This document shows, one piece after another, positions 49,160 through 51,417 of a DNA stretch of 51,417 nt; position 1 is the first letter of the stretch, and every line of letters starts with the position of its first letter. The DNA comes from Octopus bimaculoides. Lineage: Eukaryota. The notes under the pieces were generated by a model, which saw nothing but the letters and a program-made list of their open reading frames with translations, ran no database searches and had not been told where the DNA came from. Position numbers and translations under genes: made by a program. The DNA lies in NCBI RefSeq assembly GCF_001194135.2, contig NC_068982.1:30760593-30812009 (forward strand). The letters are read 5' to 3'.

Positions 49160-49560
49160 TTTTTAGCACCGATTCAACAGTTGCAATGAACAGTGCAGTG
49201 AAACATGGACTCTGACAAAGAAATCATCAAATGCTACACAAGGATGCTATGACTGGTCCCAATGTGAAATGGCAGCAACATGACAAATGAATACCTTTGT
49301 GGAGAGCTGCTAGAAATGAACGAAAAGATGAAGCAAAGACGGCTGCGATTATCTGGTTACTGCATGCTCCACCCTGAACTGGAAGCATCCAAATTAGTTC
49401 GGTGTAACCCACTTCAATGTAATGTACGAAGAGGAAAACGTTGTCACACACCGACAACTTGGTTGTAGACACTGGCCTAGAATGTATCCAGGGCCTAGAA
49501 GCAGTGATAATGGACCGAGAAGTGTGGAAGTAGACTTTGTTGCTGCGGCCCGGTTTGGAA
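49160..49560 (+). mobile_element. non-LTR retrotransposon C-terminal fragment (RTE/RTE-X-like)
   Basis: SETWTLTK, YTRML, WQQHMTNE.L, MKQRRLRLSGYCMLHPELEASKL, DTGL. Confidence 0.8.
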
Positions 49561-49627
49561 CCCGAGCATAATAATAAGATTGTTTCTTTTCGGGAAAATA
49601 AGACAATTATGTAATGGTTGAGATATA

Positions 49628-49840
49628 TTTATTTCTTTATTGCCTACAGGGCAGAGAAGGGACAAACAAGGACAGACAAAAAGATTAAGTCGATTACATC
49701 GACTCCAGTGCGTAACTGGCACTTATTTAATCGACCTCGAAAGGCATAGTCGATCTCGGTGGAACTCAGAACGTAACGGCAGACGAAATACCACTAGGCA
49801 TTTCGCCCGACGTACTAATGATTCTCCCAGCTCACCGCCC
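49628..49840 (-). mobile_element. SINE family A, tail type 3
   Basis: Same head and body; tail TTAATCTTTTTGTCTGTCCTTGTTTGTCCCTTCTCTGCCCTGTAGGCAATAAAGAAATAA. Confidence 0.88.
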
Positions 49841-50440
49841 TATGATTCAGATATATTAGCTGATTAAAATGCGTATTATTTTCTTTTTCCTTCAATTCCT
49901 TCTTATTTTTTAAAACAAAACAGTTTTACCAAGTTAACAATGAACTTACTAAAATCAGCTTTTTGCAATTTGTGCGAAATCACAATTAATTCATCTCCAC
50001 ATTTCTCCTGACTGAAATTCTTTGATATTTTGAGTCTATCTCATTTAAAGATTATATATATTTAAACAAATCTTACCAGTGTCGATAAACTGTATTTCCT
50101 AGAATTCAAACTTTTGGTAAGTTCAACTTTTCGTAAAGTAATCAATGAATTACATTTCTTTAACACCATTCATTGCTATTCATAAAAAAAATAAAAATAT
50201 AACACTTTACCCTGAAATCGTGCCACTCAAAATATACATATTGAGATGCATTACCTGAAGCTATTTTCCTTTTTTTTTTTATGGCACTTGTTTGGCAGAA
50301 GGTGTAATCTGAGCCTTTAGTTTCTTTTGGGAAAATAAGACAGGGAGATTGAATAATAGTTGAGATATATTAGTAATTTAAAATACATATTATTTTCTTT
50401 GTTTTCTTCCGTTCGTTCTTTTTTTTTCATTTGTTAACTG

Positions 50441-50570
50441 TGGTGGAAGACAGAATGAGTAGAACGCTGGAGGAAATCCTTTAGAGTATTTATTATATCG
50501 TACAGAGTTCAAGTACGGCTAATCTGGACTTTGCCATTCATGCTTTCAGTGTGGATAAATAACTACCACT
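50441..50570 (+). mobile_element. old degenerate SINE family A-like copy
   Basis: GAGTTCAAGT..GACTTTGCCATTCATGCTTTC..GATAAATAA. Confidence 0.5.
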
Positions 50571-51165
50571 CACTTACAAGGATCATATCATATCGATTGT
50601 TTCATCTCCTCTAGATGAATGGGTTTCTACTAATGGTGATAATTATTGTTTCTTTAAGTAATGTGTTAGCATCACAAAAATAGTATTGTGCTAGACTAAA
50701 TGCTTAATAGTATTTAATTTAACCCTCTTCAAAGCATTGAAGTTCCACATAGATTAGCATTGCCGTTCATCTTGAAAATTGGCAGCAAGCATGAGCTACC
50801 ATTTCCCTCAACGTTAAGGTTGTTTTGATCTCGGAGATTCACCTCAATGTCGTTTTGAGAATTTTGAAAACAAGATAACCACAAAGGACAATTTGTAAGC
50901 TTAGCCACATAAAGATCCCGTTGATCACTTATAGTGTGTATTGTTTTCTTTTACTTAAGCAGTTCATAAGCACGGCAATTTTTGTAGCATAGCTAACTCA
51001 TTAGTTTATGATAAAGGTAACCGTCCTTTTCTAGGACAAATGGAAAATATTCTCAGTTTACTTTTGGTAAAAGCAATATTGTTTTCGATGGCAAGCAGTA
51101 CAAACGTTTCAGTTGATTGCCCTGTTTCTATTACTTACACATTTATGGTTTGCATATCACAGACA

Positions 51166-51319
51166 CAGGCGTGGCTGTGCGGTAAGGAGCTTGCTTCCCA
51201 ACAATTTTTCAATTTCAGTCCCACCGCGTAGCACTCTGGACAAGTGTCGTCTACAATAGCCTGGTTTGACCAAAACCTTGTGAGTGAATTTGGTAAAAGG
51301 AAACTGAAAGAAGCCCATT

Positions 51320-51320
<1 letters not shown>
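51166..51320 (+). mobile_element. SINE family B 5' half, internal (TA)n running to the window end
   Basis: AGGCGTGGCTGTGCGGTAAGGAGCTTGC..TTCAGTCCCA..GGAAACTGAAAGAAGCCC. Confidence 0.85.
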
Positions 51321-51358
<38 letters not shown>

Positions 51359-51417
51359 CGTGTATCTGTGTATATATATATATATATACATACATATGTA
51401 AATATATATATATATAT

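Overview
AT-rich, microsatellite-dense eukaryotic genomic DNA with 7 assembly gaps and no host protein-coding gene that I can support; it reads as intergenic or deep intronic sequence. The SINE families look to me like those of coleoid cephalopods, probably Octopus (recognition from memory, not verified by search). Most interpretable sequence is transposon-derived. It includes at least 3 tRNA-headed SINE families, Penelope-like element (PLE) remnants with a GIY-YIG endonuclease, RTE-type LINE fragments and a Gypsy gag remnant. DNA transposons include a decayed Tigger/pogo, a truncated mariner, a near full-length DD37D (maT-type) element and several MITEs. The most notable signal is three type I minimal hammerhead ribozyme (HHR) motifs of different sequence. 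One is fused behind a tRNA-like Pol III head (4259-4484, minus). One is near-intact in a 201-bp unit inserted in a (TA)n tract (33186-33386). One is decayed and lies downstream of a Penelope ORF remnant (6962-7014). Long ORFs in the supplied track are mostly microsatellite artefacts.
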